DNA of 64,000 nt from contig NC_086097.1 in NCBI RefSeq assembly GCF_963921235.1, positions 163,682,001-163,746,000 of the forward strand, given 5' to 3'. Below, piece after piece: positions 37,510 to 50,750 of this stretch (position 1 is its first letter; every line of letters starts with the position of its first letter). The notes beneath the pieces are model-generated. The model worked only from the letters and a program-made list of their open reading frames with translations. It made no database searches and was not told the DNA's origin. A program made the translations under genes and the position numbers. Source of the stretch: Mobula hypostoma. Taxonomy: Eukaryota.

Positions 37510-38155
37510 TTCACACGCTGGAAGAAATCAGCAAGTCAGGCAGCAGCTTTAGAAGGGGAATAAACATTAGACACTTTTAGCTGGGACCCTTCATCAGGAT
37601 TGGAAAGGAAAGGAGCAGAAGCCGGAATAAGAAGGTAGGGGGAGAGGAAGGAGTACAATCTGTCAGGTGATGGATGACGAGTCAAGTGGGAAGGTATGTT
37701 GGTGGGCAAGGGATGATGAAGAAAAAATGCTGGGTGGAAGAAGTAAAGGGCTGAACAATCTGGTCGGAGAGGACAGTGGACTATCAAATAAAGCGAAGGA
37801 GGAAGATATCCAAAGGGAAAAGGGTCAGGTGAGGAGAAGAGAAAGGGTGACAGGGTAACCAGAAAGGGGAATGGAAAAAATTGAGAAGGGAGAGGTGCGC
37901 AGTAATTCCCAGAAGTTAGTAAAATCATTATTCATGCCAGCAGGTTGGAGGTTACTCAGATGGAATATGAAGTGTTAGTCGTCCAACCTGGAAGTAGAAG
38001 TCGTCATGAGCAGAATGTTAGGTTGAGAATGGGAAGTCAAGTTAAAATTGGCAGCCACTGGAAGATCATGCCTTTTGTATCGGACAGATTGCAGGTGCTC
38101 AACAAAGTGGTTCCCCAATCTGTGTCAGGACTCACCAATATAGAACAGGCTGCAC
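37510..38155 (-). mobile_element. Degenerate Penelope-like 3' fragment
   Basis: Colinear with 8670-9330, with a decayed GIY-YIG region and broken HHR near 37570-37600. Confidence 0.75.
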
Positions 38156-40355
38156 GAGTTTATAACGTAGTTGAAGCTGGAGGATCTGTTGTCAAGTGGA
38201 TAGTGAACTGTTCCTGAGAGACCCTCTTTCCGCAACACCAGCCAGAGCAATTGAGAGTGTTGTGTTGCAAGTCTATTGCAAAAAGCATGAAACCTGCCTT
38301 TGAATCTAAAATTACTATGCCAGTGGCATCTTGTATTTTTGTAACATCTTTAATAAGTAAAACATCCCAAGGCACTTCATAGGAATGTTTTCATAGAAAA
38401 TATTACTCTGGGATATTAAGCAGATTATTTGGTCAAAAGTACTGATAGACTCAACCCTCAATAAATGTCTGAATGATTGAGTGTAATTTCACTGACAGTT
38501 AATATGGCTGGACTGTCACCGGCTTTGACATCCAGGGTGAGATGACAGATTGGCCTGGATGTCAAGGGTGCTGTTAATTTTCATTCCATATGGAGTTGCA
38601 GCTGCCAACTTCCAGTAGGCATAACTTCATTTGCCTGGAGGCCTAATCTCAGGTTTGACAGCACAGGGGAAGCATGCTGGGCATAAGGCAGTTGAGTAAA
38701 ATTGTAGCAATGGAGTGTCATCTCTCTGTCACTCTCAATAATTTTATATAAATAGTAAAGCCTGCATGCTGTACTTCTATAATTTGTTTTTTTTTGAAAT
38801 GCATGAAATGGAATTTTCAAAGTTTATTATGCTGAAGAGCTATTGTGGTCAAGGGTGATTTACAACCTTTTTGATCCAATCTCTCTTCACCATTTCCAAC
38901 TACAGAAGATGGCTATGGCTTGGTTCCGTTCTTACTTTTATGGGCAGAAATGGTTTCTCTTGTCCTATACACTTACTATTACTTCTGGAGTCTTCTGGCC
39001 TATGTTAGCATCCAGAATCTTTCAAATAAAAGCAGAAAATGTTGAAAACACTCAGCAGATTGAGCAGCATCTGTAGGGACAGAAATAGAGTTAATTACTC
39101 AGGTTGAAGATGCTTCATCAGAACTGGGAAAGTTTTAAGTTGCAGAAAGGATGGGTGAGAACAAATAGGAAAAAGGGAGATTGCTGAAGGCAGGGTTTCT
39201 ATGGGGGTATGACCATAAGACATAGGAACAGAATTAAACCATTCTGCCCATTAAGTCTAGTCCATTATTTGATCAATTTCCCTCTTGCCCCCATTCTCTT
39301 GCCTTCTCCCTGTAATCTTTCATGCCTTGACTTATCAAGAATCTATCAACCTTCACCTTAAATATATCCAATGAGCTGGCCTCCACAGTTGCCTTTGGCA
39401 ACAAATTCTGTGAATTCACCATCCCCTGGCTAAGGATGTACCTCCTCATCTCCATACTAAATGGTTGTACCCTCTGGCCCCAGAATCCAGTCTAGGAAAC
39501 ATTCTCTCCACATCCACTCTATCTAGGCCTTTCAACTATCGACAGGTTTCAATGAGATCCCCCTTCATTCTTCTAAATTTCAGTGCATACAGGCCCAGAG
39601 TCGTCAAACACACCTCTTAGGATAAGCCTTTCATTTCCAGAATCATTTTTGTGAGCCCTCTTTGAACCCTCTCCCACATCAGCATATCCTTTCTTAATGG
39701 GCCCAAAACTGCATGGAATGCTCCAAATGAGGTCTCAGCATTACATCCTTGCTCTTATATTTCAGCCCACTTGAAATTAATGCTAAAATTGTATTTGCCT
39801 TTCTCACCACTGACTTAACCTGCAAGTTAACCTTTAGGGAATCCTGAACAAGGACTCCAAAGTCCCTCTGCAACTGAGATTTTTGCACTTTCTCTCCACT
39901 TAGAAAATAGTTTATGCTTTTGTTCCTTCCACTAAAGTGCATGACCATACAATTCTCAGCACTGCATTCCATCTGCCAGTTCTTTGCCCATTCCCCTAAT
40001 CTATCTAACTCCTTCTGTAGCCTCCTTGCTTGCTCAACACTACCAGCTCCTCCACCTATCTTCACATCATTTGCAAACTTGGCCACAAAGCCATCAATTC
40101 CGTCATCCAACTCATTGACATGAAATGTAAAAAGAAACGATTGCTCTGGAACTCCGCTAGGCACCAGTAGCCAATCAGAAAAGGCTCTCTTTATTCACAC
40201 TCTTTGCCTCCTGCCAATCAGCCAACTTTCTATCCATTCTAGTATCTTTCCTTTAATGCCATGGGCTCTTATCTTGCAAAGCAGCTTCATGTGTGGCACC
40301 TTGTCAAAGGCCTTCTGAAGATCCAAGTACACAACATCACTGTTTCTCGCTTGGT

Positions 40356-40541
40356 TATCATCATCCTCCTCCTCCTCCTCCTCCTCCACTCCCCTCCCCC
40401 ACCTCCTCCCCCCCTCCTCCCCCTCCTCCTCCTCCTCCACTCCCCTCCCCCCTCCTCCCACCCCTCCTCCCCCCCTCCCCCTCCTCCTCTTCCTCCTCCT
40501 ATCCTCCTTCTGCTACATTTCTTCTTCTTCTACTTCTTCTT
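40356..40541. repeat. Polypyrimidine (CCT)n/(CTT)n low-complexity tract
   Basis: Read directly. Confidence 0.95.
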
Positions 40542-40952
40542 TTGGATGTATCTATCCTGCTCCTTTCAACTTCATTCCAGAAACTTCAGTCATTGCTGCT
40601 CTGCTGTAATCCCTGCTTGTGTCCCTTTCCAGTCAACTATGTCCAGGTCCTCTCATATGCCTCTGTAATTCCCTTTACTCCACTGTAATACTGATGAAAT
40701 TTGATTTTAACTTCTCCCTCAGAAATTTCAGGCTGCATTCTATCATATCGTAATCATGGTCACCTGAAGGTCCCTTTGCCTTAAGCTCCCTAATCAAATC
40801 TGATTTACTTCACCCAATCAAGAGTAGTTGATCCCTTCGTGGACTCAACCGTAAGCTGCTCTATAAAGCTATCTCATAGACATTTTACAATTTCTCTCAA
40901 TTGGGATCCAAAATCAGCACCAACCTGATTTTCCCAATCTACCTGCATATTG

Positions 40953-41500
40953 AATCAGAATCAGGTTTATTATCTCCGGCATGTGATGTGAAATTTGTTA
41001 ACCTAGCAGTAGCAGTTCAATGCAATTCATAATCTAGCAGAAGAAAAAAACATAATAATAAAAAATAAAATAAAAAAAATAACAAGTAAATCAATTACGT
41101 ATATTGAGAAGATAAAAAAAACATGCAAAAACAGAAATACTATATTTAAAAAAAAAAGTGAGGTAGTGTCCAAAGATTCAATGTCCATTTAGGAATCGGA
41201 TGGCAGAGGGGAAGAAGCTGTTCCTGAATCGCTGAGTGTGTACCTTCAGGCTTCTGTATCTCCTACCTGATGGCAACAATGAGAAAAGTGCATGCCCTGG
41301 GTGCTGGAGATCCTTAATAATGGATGCTGCTTTTCTGGGACACCACTCCCTAAAGATATCCTGGGTACTTTGTAGGCTAGTACCCAAGATGAAACTGACT
41401 AGATTTACAACCTTCTGCAGCTTCTTTCGGTCCTGTGCAGTAGCCCCTCCATACCAGACAGTGATGCAGTCTGTCAGAATCCTCTCCACGATACAGCTAT
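40953..41500 (-). mobile_element. Rex1/Babar 3' fragment nested in CR1 EN
   Basis: (aatcag)n tail at 40953; ORF 41178-41558 with HPGHALFSLLPSGRRYRSL. Confidence 0.9.
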
Positions 41501-41889
41501 TGAAATCACCATGACTATCATAACAATGCCCTTTTGTCATGCATTTTCTGTCTTTCATTCTAATTTGTAGCCAACATTCTGGCTGCTATTTGGAGGTCTG
41601 TATATAACTCCCATCTAGATCTTTTTACCCTTGCATTTCCTTAACTCTTCACACAATAATTCTGCTGATCTTTGGTTACCTCTTTCTAAGGATTGATTTA
41701 AGTTTTTTTTAAAATTAGAGCCAGGCCAGATCCCCAGCCTGCATTTTGATACAATGTGTATCCTTGGATTTTAAGCTCCCAACTATAACCTTTTTGCCAT
41801 AACTCGGTGATGCCCACAACGTCATACCTGTCAATCTCTAACTGTGCTGCAGGATCTTCTAACTTATTCTGTATAGAGCATGCATTCAA

Positions 41890-44708
41890 ATAGAAACATA
41901 GAAAATAGGTGCAGGAGTAGGCCTTTTGGCACTTCGAGACTGCACCGCCATTCGTTACGATCATGGCTGATCATCCAACTCAGAACCCTATACCTGCCTT
42001 CTCTCCATACCCCCTGATCCCTTTAGCCACAAGGGCCTTATCTAACTCCCTCTTAAGTATAGCCAATGAACTGGCCTCAACTGTTTCCTGTGGTTGAGAA
42101 TTCCACAGATTTACCACTCTCTGTGTGAAGAATTTTTTCCTCATCTCGGTCCTAAAAGGCTTCCCCTTTATCTTCAAACTGTGACCCCTCGTTCTGGACT
42201 TCCCCAACATCGGGAACAATCTTCCTGCATCTAGCCAGTCCAATCCCTTTAGAATTTTATACGTTTCAATCAGATCCCCCCTCAATCTTCTAAATTCCAG
42301 AGAGTATAAGCCTAGTCGATCCAGTCTTTCATTGTATGAAAGTCCTGCCATCCGAGGAATCAATCTGGTGAACCTTCTTTGCACCTCCTCTATGGCAAGA
42401 ATGTTTTTCCTCAGATTAGGGGACCAAAACTGCACACAATACTCCAGGTGTGGTCTCACCAAGGCCTTGTACAACTGCAGTAGAACCTCCCTGCTCCTGT
42501 TCTCGAATCCTCTTGCTATGAATGCCAGCATACCATTCGCCTTTTTCACCGCCTGCTGTACCTGCATGCCAACTTTCAATGACTGGTGTACAATGACACC
42601 CAGGTCTCGTTGCACCTCCCCTTTTCCTAATTGGCCACCATTCAGATAATAATCTGTTTTCCTGTTCTTGCCACTAAAGTGGATAACCTCACGTTTATCC
42701 ACATTAAATTGCATCTGCCATGAATTTGTCCACTCACCTAACCTATCCCAGTCACCCTGCATCCTCTTAGCATCCTCCTCACAGCAAACACTGCTGCCCA
42801 GCTTTGTGTCATCCGCAAACTTGGAGATGCTGCATTTAATTCCCTCGTCTAAGTCATTAATATATATTGTAAACAACTGGGGTCCCAGCACTGAGCCTTG
42901 CGGTACCCCACTAGTCACTGCCTGCCATTCTGAAAAGGTCCCGTTTTTTCCCACTCTTTGCTTCCTGTCTGCCAACTAATTCTCTATCCACATCAATACC
43001 ATACCCCCAATACCGTGTGCTTTAAGTTTGCACACTAATCTCCTGTGTGGGACCTTGTCAAAAGCCTTTTGAAAATCCAAATATACCACATCCACTGGTT
43101 CTCCACTATCCACTCTACTAGTTACATCCCCAAAAAATTCTATGAGATTCGTCAGACATGATTTTCCTTTCACAAATCCATGCTAACTTTGTCTGATGAT
43201 TTCACCACTTTCCAAATGTGCTGTTATCACATCTTTGATAACTGACTCTGGCACTTTCCCCACCACCGATGTCAGGCATACCGGTCTATAATTCCCCAGT
43301 TTCTCTCTCCCTCCTTTTTTAAAAAGCGGGGTTACATTAGCCACCCTCCAATCCTCAGGAACTAGTCCAGAATCTAAAGAGTTTTGAAAAATTATCACCA
43401 ATGCATCCACTATTTCTTGGGCTACTTCCTTAAGCACTCTGGGATGCAGACCATCTGGCCCTGGGGATTTATCTGCCTTTAATCCCTTCAATTTACCTAA
43501 CATCACTTCCCTACTAACATGTATTTCCCTCAGTTCCTCCATCTCACTAGACCCTCTGTCCCCTACCATTTCCGGAAGATTATTTATGTCCTCCTTAGTG
43601 AAGACAGAACCAATGTGTCCTTGTTCCCCATGATCAATTCACCTGTTTCTGACTGTAAGGGACCTACATTTGTCTTAACCAATCTTTTTCTTTTCACATA
43701 TTTATAAAAGCTTTTACAGTCAGTTTTTATGTTCCCTGCCAGTTTTGTTTCATAATCTTTTTTCCCTTTCCTAATTAAGCACTTTGTCCTCCTCTGCTGG
43801 ACTCTGAATTTTTCCCAGTCCTCAGGTGTGCCGCTTTTTCTGGCTAATTTGTATGTTTCTTCTTTGGAATTGATACTATCCCTAATTTCCCTTGTCAGCC
43901 ATGGGTGCACTACCTTCCCTGGTTTATTCTTTTGCCAAACTGGGATGAACAATTGTTGTAGTTCATCCATGCGATCTTTAAATGCTTGCCATTGCATATC
44001 CACCCTTTAAGTATCATTTGCTAGTCTATTTTAGCTAATTCACGTCTCATACCTTCAAAGTTAACCTTCTATAAGTTCAGAACTTTTGTTTCTGAATTAA
44101 CTATATCACTCTCCATCTTAATGAAGAATTCCACCATATTATGGTCACTCTTACCCAAGGGGCCTCGCACGACAAGATTGCTAACTAACCCTTCCTCATT
44201 GCTCAATACCCAGTCCAGAATGGCCTGCTCTCTAGTTGGTTCCTCGACATATTGATTCAGAAAACTATTCCACATACATTCCAAGAAATCCTCATCCTCA
44301 GCACCCTTACCAATTTGGTTCACCCAACCTATATGTAGATTGAAGTCTCCCATTATAACTGCTGTTCCTTTATTGCACGCATTTCTAATTTCCTGTTTAA
44401 TGCCATCCCCAACCTCACTACTACAGTTAGGTGGCCTGTACACAACTCCCACCAGCGTTTTCTGCCCCTTAGTGTTATGCAGCTCTACCCATATCGATTC
44501 CACATCCTCCCGGCTAATGTCCTTCCTTTCTATTGCGTTAATCTCCTCTCTAACCAGCAATGCCACCCCACCTCCTTTTCTTTCATGTCTATCCCTCCTG
44601 AATATTGAATATCCCTGAATGTTGAGCTCCCATCCTTGGTCACCCTGGAGCCATGCCGCTGTGATCCCAACTATATCATATTCAATTATAACTATCTGCA
44701 CTTTCAAT
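41890..44708 (-). mobile_element. Younger CR1 LINE, ORF2 nearly complete with few disruptions
   Basis: Consecutive ORFs 44069-44707 (EN), 43584-44003, 43183-43569, 42976-43173 and 41980-42975 (SGVPQGSVLGP, KFADDTK); (tttctatg)-type tail at 41890. Confidence 0.95.
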
Positions 44709-44859
44709 TCATACCTTCAGTCCTGTATTCATCACCCTTTTTGATTTTGTCCTCTTTTTACAGTGCAACTCATCACATTGACCGCAATTTTGCCCTTTCA
44801 TCTGTTTGTCCTTCCTTACAGTCTCACTACACTTTAGACGCAACACTGAGTCATATGAT

Positions 44860-45715
44860 CTGTGAAATTCTCTGATAACTCAGTACTAGTTGGGTGTATG
44901 AAAGGAGGACGGGAGGATGAATGAAGGACCCTGGTGGAGTTCTTCGTCAAATGGTTCAGGATGAATCATTTGCTGCTCAACATCAGTGAGACAAAAGAGA
45001 TGGTGATGGACCTTAGGAAGACCAGGCCTGCAATACTCCCTGTTACTATTGATGGTGAGGACATAAATGTGGTGAGGATCTACAGGTACCTGGGGTGCCG
45101 ATGGATGACAGACTTGAGTGGAGCACCAACACAGAGGCTGTGTACAAGAAAGGTCAGAGTTGCCTCTACTTCCTGAGGAGACTGAGGTCGTTTGGAGTAT
45201 GTAGGCCTCTCCTTCACGTGTTCTACGAGTCTGTTGTTGCCAGTGCAATCTTCTATGTGGTGGAGTATTGGGGCAATGGCATCAACATGGGTGATGCCAA
45301 CAGCTCAATAAACTGATTAGAAAGGCTGGCTCTGTTATAGGAGTCAAACTGGACACACTGAAGGCAGTGGTAGAACATAAGACCCTACGGAAAGTCCTGG
45401 CAATTCTGGACAATGTTTCTCACCCTCTGAATGCCACCTTGGCTGAACAGATGAGCATTTTCAGTAATAGGCGAAGATGACTGCACTGCTCCAAAGAGCT
45501 CTATATGAGGTCATTCTTACCCTTGGCCATTAGGCTGTATAATGAATCAACCTATAGCCAGGGAAGTGATGACCCCTTCCCATTAGACTGTTTGTGATAA
45601 CTTATTTTTTATGCTTTCTACTTCTCTTCTCATATTTGTATACCAATGCACTTGTAATGCTACTGTGACACTGTCATTTCTTTTGGGATCAATAAAGTAT
45701 CCATCTATCTATCTA
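44860..45715 (+). mobile_element. Rex1/Babar 3' fragment, same family as 7585-9560
   Basis: LNISETKEMVMD and LYFLRRLRSFGVC motifs; aataaag followed by a (tatc)n tail. Confidence 0.9.
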
Positions 45716-46919
45716 CATTGCTTGTATGTCAACTACCTATATCAGCCCTATCACTCAGTTTCCCATTCTCCTGTCAAATTAGTTTAATCCCTCCCCAATA
45801 GTTCTAGAAAATCTGACTGCAAGGATATTGGTCCCTCTTGGTTTCAGGTGTAACTCGTCCCTTTTGTCCAGGTCACACCTGCCCCTGAACAGATCCCACT
45901 GACCCAGAAATCTGAATCTCTGCCCCCGCATCAGTTCCTCAGCCACATATCCATTCGCCAAATCAACCTATTCTTACCCTCACTGACATGTGGCACTGGA
46001 AGCAATCTAAAGTTTACTACCCTGGAGGTCCTGCTTTTCAGCTTTCTACCCAACTTCCTAAAGTCTATCTTCAGGATCTCCTCCCATTTCCTACCACTGT
46101 CATTGGTGCCAATGTGTACCAAGACTTCTGGCTGATGGACCTGAACCAAAACATTCCTGATCCTGGCACCTGGGAGGCAACATACCATCCAGGTGTCTGT
46201 ATCTCATCCTCAGAATCTCATGTCTACTCTTCTAACAATGGAATTCCCCTTCACTACTGCAGTCCTTTTCTTCCCCCTTCCCTTCAGAGCCAGAGCACCA
46301 GGTAAGATGTTAATGCAGTCATTCGGCTGAGCGACTGAACAATAAAATGGGAAAAAGGCGTTGGTGGGCGGAAACACTTGTGAACAAAGTTATGGACTGT
46401 GAGATGATGGTGGTTAGAGTGAGGAAGCACCAGAAATAAACGCAAAACCTGCAAATGCAGAGCTGTAGGGAATGCTAGAAAGGTCCATCCATTCTACTGG
46501 AAACACCTGGTGAACATTAGTAGGTGGAAGCCATTGTCTTCGGTCCTTGCCTCAAACTCATATTCCAGTATCTGCCTGACAACTGAACCAGGTTGTTCAC
46601 AAGTTTGGTGTTTTATTTGACTTTGGGATGAACTTCTGAATATTTATTTAACCACTTGTGTCCATCATCTGATTATCCAACTTAAGAGTGACAATCATTT
46701 GCCAGATCTGAAAGGGCGAAGGAAATTGAACTGTATGCACTTGTGTTAAGAGCTCCTGTAGATATATTTTAACCAAACAGACTGGACTGATATAAATTCC
46801 TTACACCTTCTAGAGTGGATCAGATGCAGATTTGATCCACTGTTTTCAACGGTTTATGCATGCTGCCTGGAGGAGATACTCAGTCTTGGTTGAGATAAGG
46901 GGTCAGGTTAGGTAACATG

Positions 46920-47342
46920 ATTAAGACCATAAGACATAGGAGCAGAATTAGGTCATTCATTAGTCCATTGAGTCTGCTCTGCCATTCCATCATGACTGAT
47001 CCTGGATCCCATTCACCCCCATACACCTGCCTTCTCACTATATCTTTTGATGCTCTGACCGATCAAGCTATCAACTTCTGCTTTAAATATACCCACAGAC
47101 TTGGTCTCCACTGCAGTTTGTGGCAGAACATTCCACAGATTCACTATTCTCTGGCTGAAAAAAAAATCCTTTTTACCTCTGTTCTAAAAGGTCAATTTTG
47201 AGGCTGTGCCCTCTAGTTCTGGATCCCCTACTATCAGAAACATCCTCTCCACATCCAGCTTATCTAGTCTTTTCAACCTATGGTAGGTTTCAATGAGATC
47301 CCCCCACATTCTTCTAAATTTCAGTGAGTACAGGCCCAAAGT
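46920..47342 (-). mobile_element. CR1 3' fragment
   Basis: Tail accataagacataggagcagaattagg and RT C-terminal remnant. Confidence 0.85.
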
Positions 47343-48235
47343 CTGGTACAGATTACCTGACTATTCATATTTCAGCTGATTACATATCTGGAATGTAAAT
47401 TAATTACCTCATGATCAATTCTTCCAACAATGTTGAAATTACACATACTCCCTGCCTTTGTGGATGTCAGGGATACAAAGCATATTGACAAGGTAATGTG
47501 ACTTTTGATCTAGTGTACCATTTTGCTGTCATTATAATGCACCCACCCACACTTATTTTATGCTTGACATAATTTCTGATGTAAAATCCCAACAAAGGTG
47601 TGCTTCAGAGTTTGTGTAAAATGGATTTGTAATGCAATCCATTCAGTCAACAGGTCATAAAAAGACAATCCAGGTCTATTCTGTGTTCCTGCAAATAGAC
47701 TGGACTATCCTTGGTCAGCGAGCCTGGTTTTTAAGCCTTATTATTCTGTGATATAAAGAAAGAAGCTGGATAGTATGATACATTGGAAGAAAATGTGCTA
47801 GATATTTTTGACGTATTTGGGTGTAATTTCCAATATTGTCACTGTTCAATTTTGTTGTGCGGAAGATTTCAGTTTTAATTTCACTACCTTTAAGAAGAGT
47901 GATTGATTATACCTCACCAGCCTTCAATCCATAACATTTCCTGATCTGACAGCACCTTAATATTTGAGAACAACACAATTAAATGAGGTAAAGATCCAAA
48001 GATAGGAGCAGCTTGTAAATAATCGAAAACACCTGAAATTGTCAGGAATGATGATGAAGCTGCTGAATTAGAGTTGTGCACCATGAAGACAGGCACTTTG
48101 GCCCATCATATTCATGCCTATCTTTCATACACACCTTTGCTTATCCCATTTGCTCATATTAGATCAATATCAGTTCTATGCTTTGCCTCTTTAAGTGCTT
48201 CCTCAAATGTCTCTTAAACAATGTGATTACATCTG

Positions 48236-49108
48236 AGCAACACACACAAAGTGCTGGAGGAGCTCAGCAGGCCAGGCAGCATCTATGGAAAAGAGTACAG
48301 TCGATGTTTTGGTCCAAAATCCTTCAGCAGGACGAGAGAAAAAAAATTGTTGACGAGTAGATTTAAAAGGTGGGGGAGGGAGAGAGAGAAACACACGGTG
48401 ATAGGTGGAACCTGAAGGGGGAAGGGATGAAGTAAAGAGCTGGGAAGTAAATTCATGAAAGAGACAGGAAGCCATGGAAGAAAGAAAAGGGGAAGGAACA
48501 CCAGAGGGAGGCAGTGGGCAAGTGAGGAGATAAGGTGAAAGAGGGAAAAGGAGGTGGGAATTGGTGAAGGTGGGCATGGGGGAGAATTATCGGAAGTTCG
48601 AGAAATCGATATTCATGCCATCAGGTTGGAGGCTACCCAAACAGAATATAAGGTGCTGTTCCTCCAACCTGAGTGTAACCTTATCGTGACAGTGAAGGAT
48701 GCCATGGATAGTCAAATGGGATTGGGAAGTGGAATTACTGTACAGTGGGTGGGCACTGGGAGATCCTGCTTTCTCTGGTGGATGGAGCATAGTGGTCTCC
48801 CAATCTACGTTGAGTCTCACTGATGTACAGGAGGCCACAACGGGAGCACCAAACACAGTATATGACCCCAACAGACTCACAGGTGAAGTGCTGCCTCACC
48901 TGGTAGGACTGTTTAGGCCCCTGAATGGTAGTGAGGGAGGAGGTGTAGGGGCAAGTGTAGCACTTGTTCCGCTTACAGGATAAGTGCCAGGAAGGAGATT
49001 AACGGGGAGGGATGAATGAGCAAGGGAGTGGCGTAGAGAGCGATCCCTGCTGAAAGAAGAAAGTTGGGGGAGGGAAAGATATGCTTGGTGGTGAGATCCT
49101 GTTGGAGA
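48236..49108 (-). mobile_element. Penelope-like fragment with decayed GIY-YIG region
   Basis: RLEEQHLIFCLGSLQPDGMNIDFSNF; colinear with 8660-9400; degenerate HHR near 48299-48333. Confidence 0.88.
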
Positions 49109-49429
49109 TTTGTTACTTGTGGCAGCAGCACTGTGCAAAAACATAAAATACTAAAAAAAACACTACAAAAGTAAATAAATAAATAGTGCAAAGAGAAAAG
49201 GATAATAAAGTAATATTGATGGACTGCTTGGAAATCTGATGGTGGAGTGGAAGAAACTGTTCTTAAATTGTTGAGTGTGGAATACCTTCCTCTCTCCTTC
49301 AAGGTATGCTGTCTTGTTTTGGAACTGCTGTTTTACATCCAAATTGTTCCCTAAGGTGTCTTGGATAAGGAGTTCTATCACCCCTGTTTGTTAGGGTTAG
49401 AAACATGGGTGACTCTCAATTCCCCTGTA

Positions 49430-50750
49430 CAGTGCCTATAAAAAGTATTCATCCCACTTGGAAATTTTCATGCTTTATTGTTTTACAACATTGAATCACT
49501 GTTGATTTAATTTGACTTTTTTTGACACTGATCAACAGATAAAGAGTCTTTCATCTCAAAGCGGAAACAGATCTCTACTAAGTGATATAAATTAATTACA
49601 AATATGAAACACAAAATAATTGATTGCAGAAGTATTCACCCCCTTCAAGTCAGTATTTAGTTGATGCACCTTTGGCAGCAATTACACCCTTGAGTCTGAA
49701 TGGATAGGGCTCTATCAGCTTTGCACATCTGGACACTGCAAATTTCCCCCATTCTTCTTTACAAGACTGCTCAGGCTCTGTCAGATTGCATAGGGATTGT
49801 GAGTGAACAGCCTTTTTCAAGTCCAGCCACAAATTCTCAATTGGTTTGAGGTCTGGACTCTAACTTGACCACTCCAGGACATTAACTTTGTTGTTTTTAA
49901 GCCATTCCTGTGTAGCTTTCATCAGACCATAGAGCTTTCTTCCAGCTGACTTCAAAGTCTCTCATGTGCTTCTGACAAACTCTAGTCAATATTGCATGTG
50001 AATTTTTGTTGAACAGTGGCTTTCTCTTTGCCACTCTTCCATAAAGCTGCGACTCATGAAGCACCCGGGCAATATATGTTGCATGTACAGTCTCTCCCAT
50101 CCTAGCCACTGAAGCTTGTAACTCCTCCAGAGCTGTCACAGGTCCCCAGGTGGCCTTCCTCACAAGTCCCGTTTTTGCACAGTCACTCTATTTTTGAGAA
50201 TTTACAGCTGTGCCATATTCTTTCTATGATTGACTTTACTGTACTCCAAGGGATATTCAGTGACTGGGAAATATTCTTGTATCCATTTCTTGTCTTGTGG
50301 TTTTCAATAACCTTTTCGCAGAGTTGCTTGGAGTGTTCTTTTGTCTTCATTGTCTAGCTTTTGCCTGGATACTGACTCACCAGCAGTTGGACCTTCCAGC
50401 TACAGGTGTATTTTTACTACAATCAGTTGAAACGCCTTGACTGCACACAGGTCTCCAGAAACACATCTCCATTCAACTAAATATGTGACTTCTGAAACCA
50501 ACTGGCTGCACCAGTGATGATTTGGTGTGTCATATTAAGGGGAAGGGTGAATACTTATGCAATCAATTATTTTGTATTTTATATTTGTAATTAATTTAGC
50601 TCGCTCTGTAGAGATCTATTTTCGCTTTGACTTGAAATAGTCTTTTTCTGCTGATCAGTGTAAAACAAATTACTTCACTGTGATTCAGTGTTGTAAAATA
50701 ATAAAACATGAAGACTTCCAAGGAGGTGTGAATACTTTTGATAGGTAGTG
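49430..50750 (-). mobile_element. Tc1/mariner DNA transposon, IR/DR type, internally deleted
   Basis: TA at 49428-49429 and 50751-50752; starts CAGTGCCTAT; inverted repeats of about 210 bp each holding two aagtattca motifs; transposase remnants GRVAKRKPL, LWSDES and CAKLI...VIAAKGASTKY. Confidence 0.93.

Larger units (their letters stand above)
39213..46300 (-). mobile_element. Decayed CR1 host sequence (3' end, RT, EN, ORF1 pieces) carrying nested insertions
   Basis: Tail at 39213; RT motifs KFANDVK and VYLDLQKAFDKVPH; EN FYLNACSI near 41880; ORF1 esterase CLPGARI...VHIGTND at 45931-46188. The ORF1 part may belong to a separate copy. Confidence 0.75.

Noticed and set aside
40195..40688. Pro-rich, Glu-rich and Leu-rich ORFs
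   Set aside because: They are translations of the (CCT)n tract inside a CR1 remnant.
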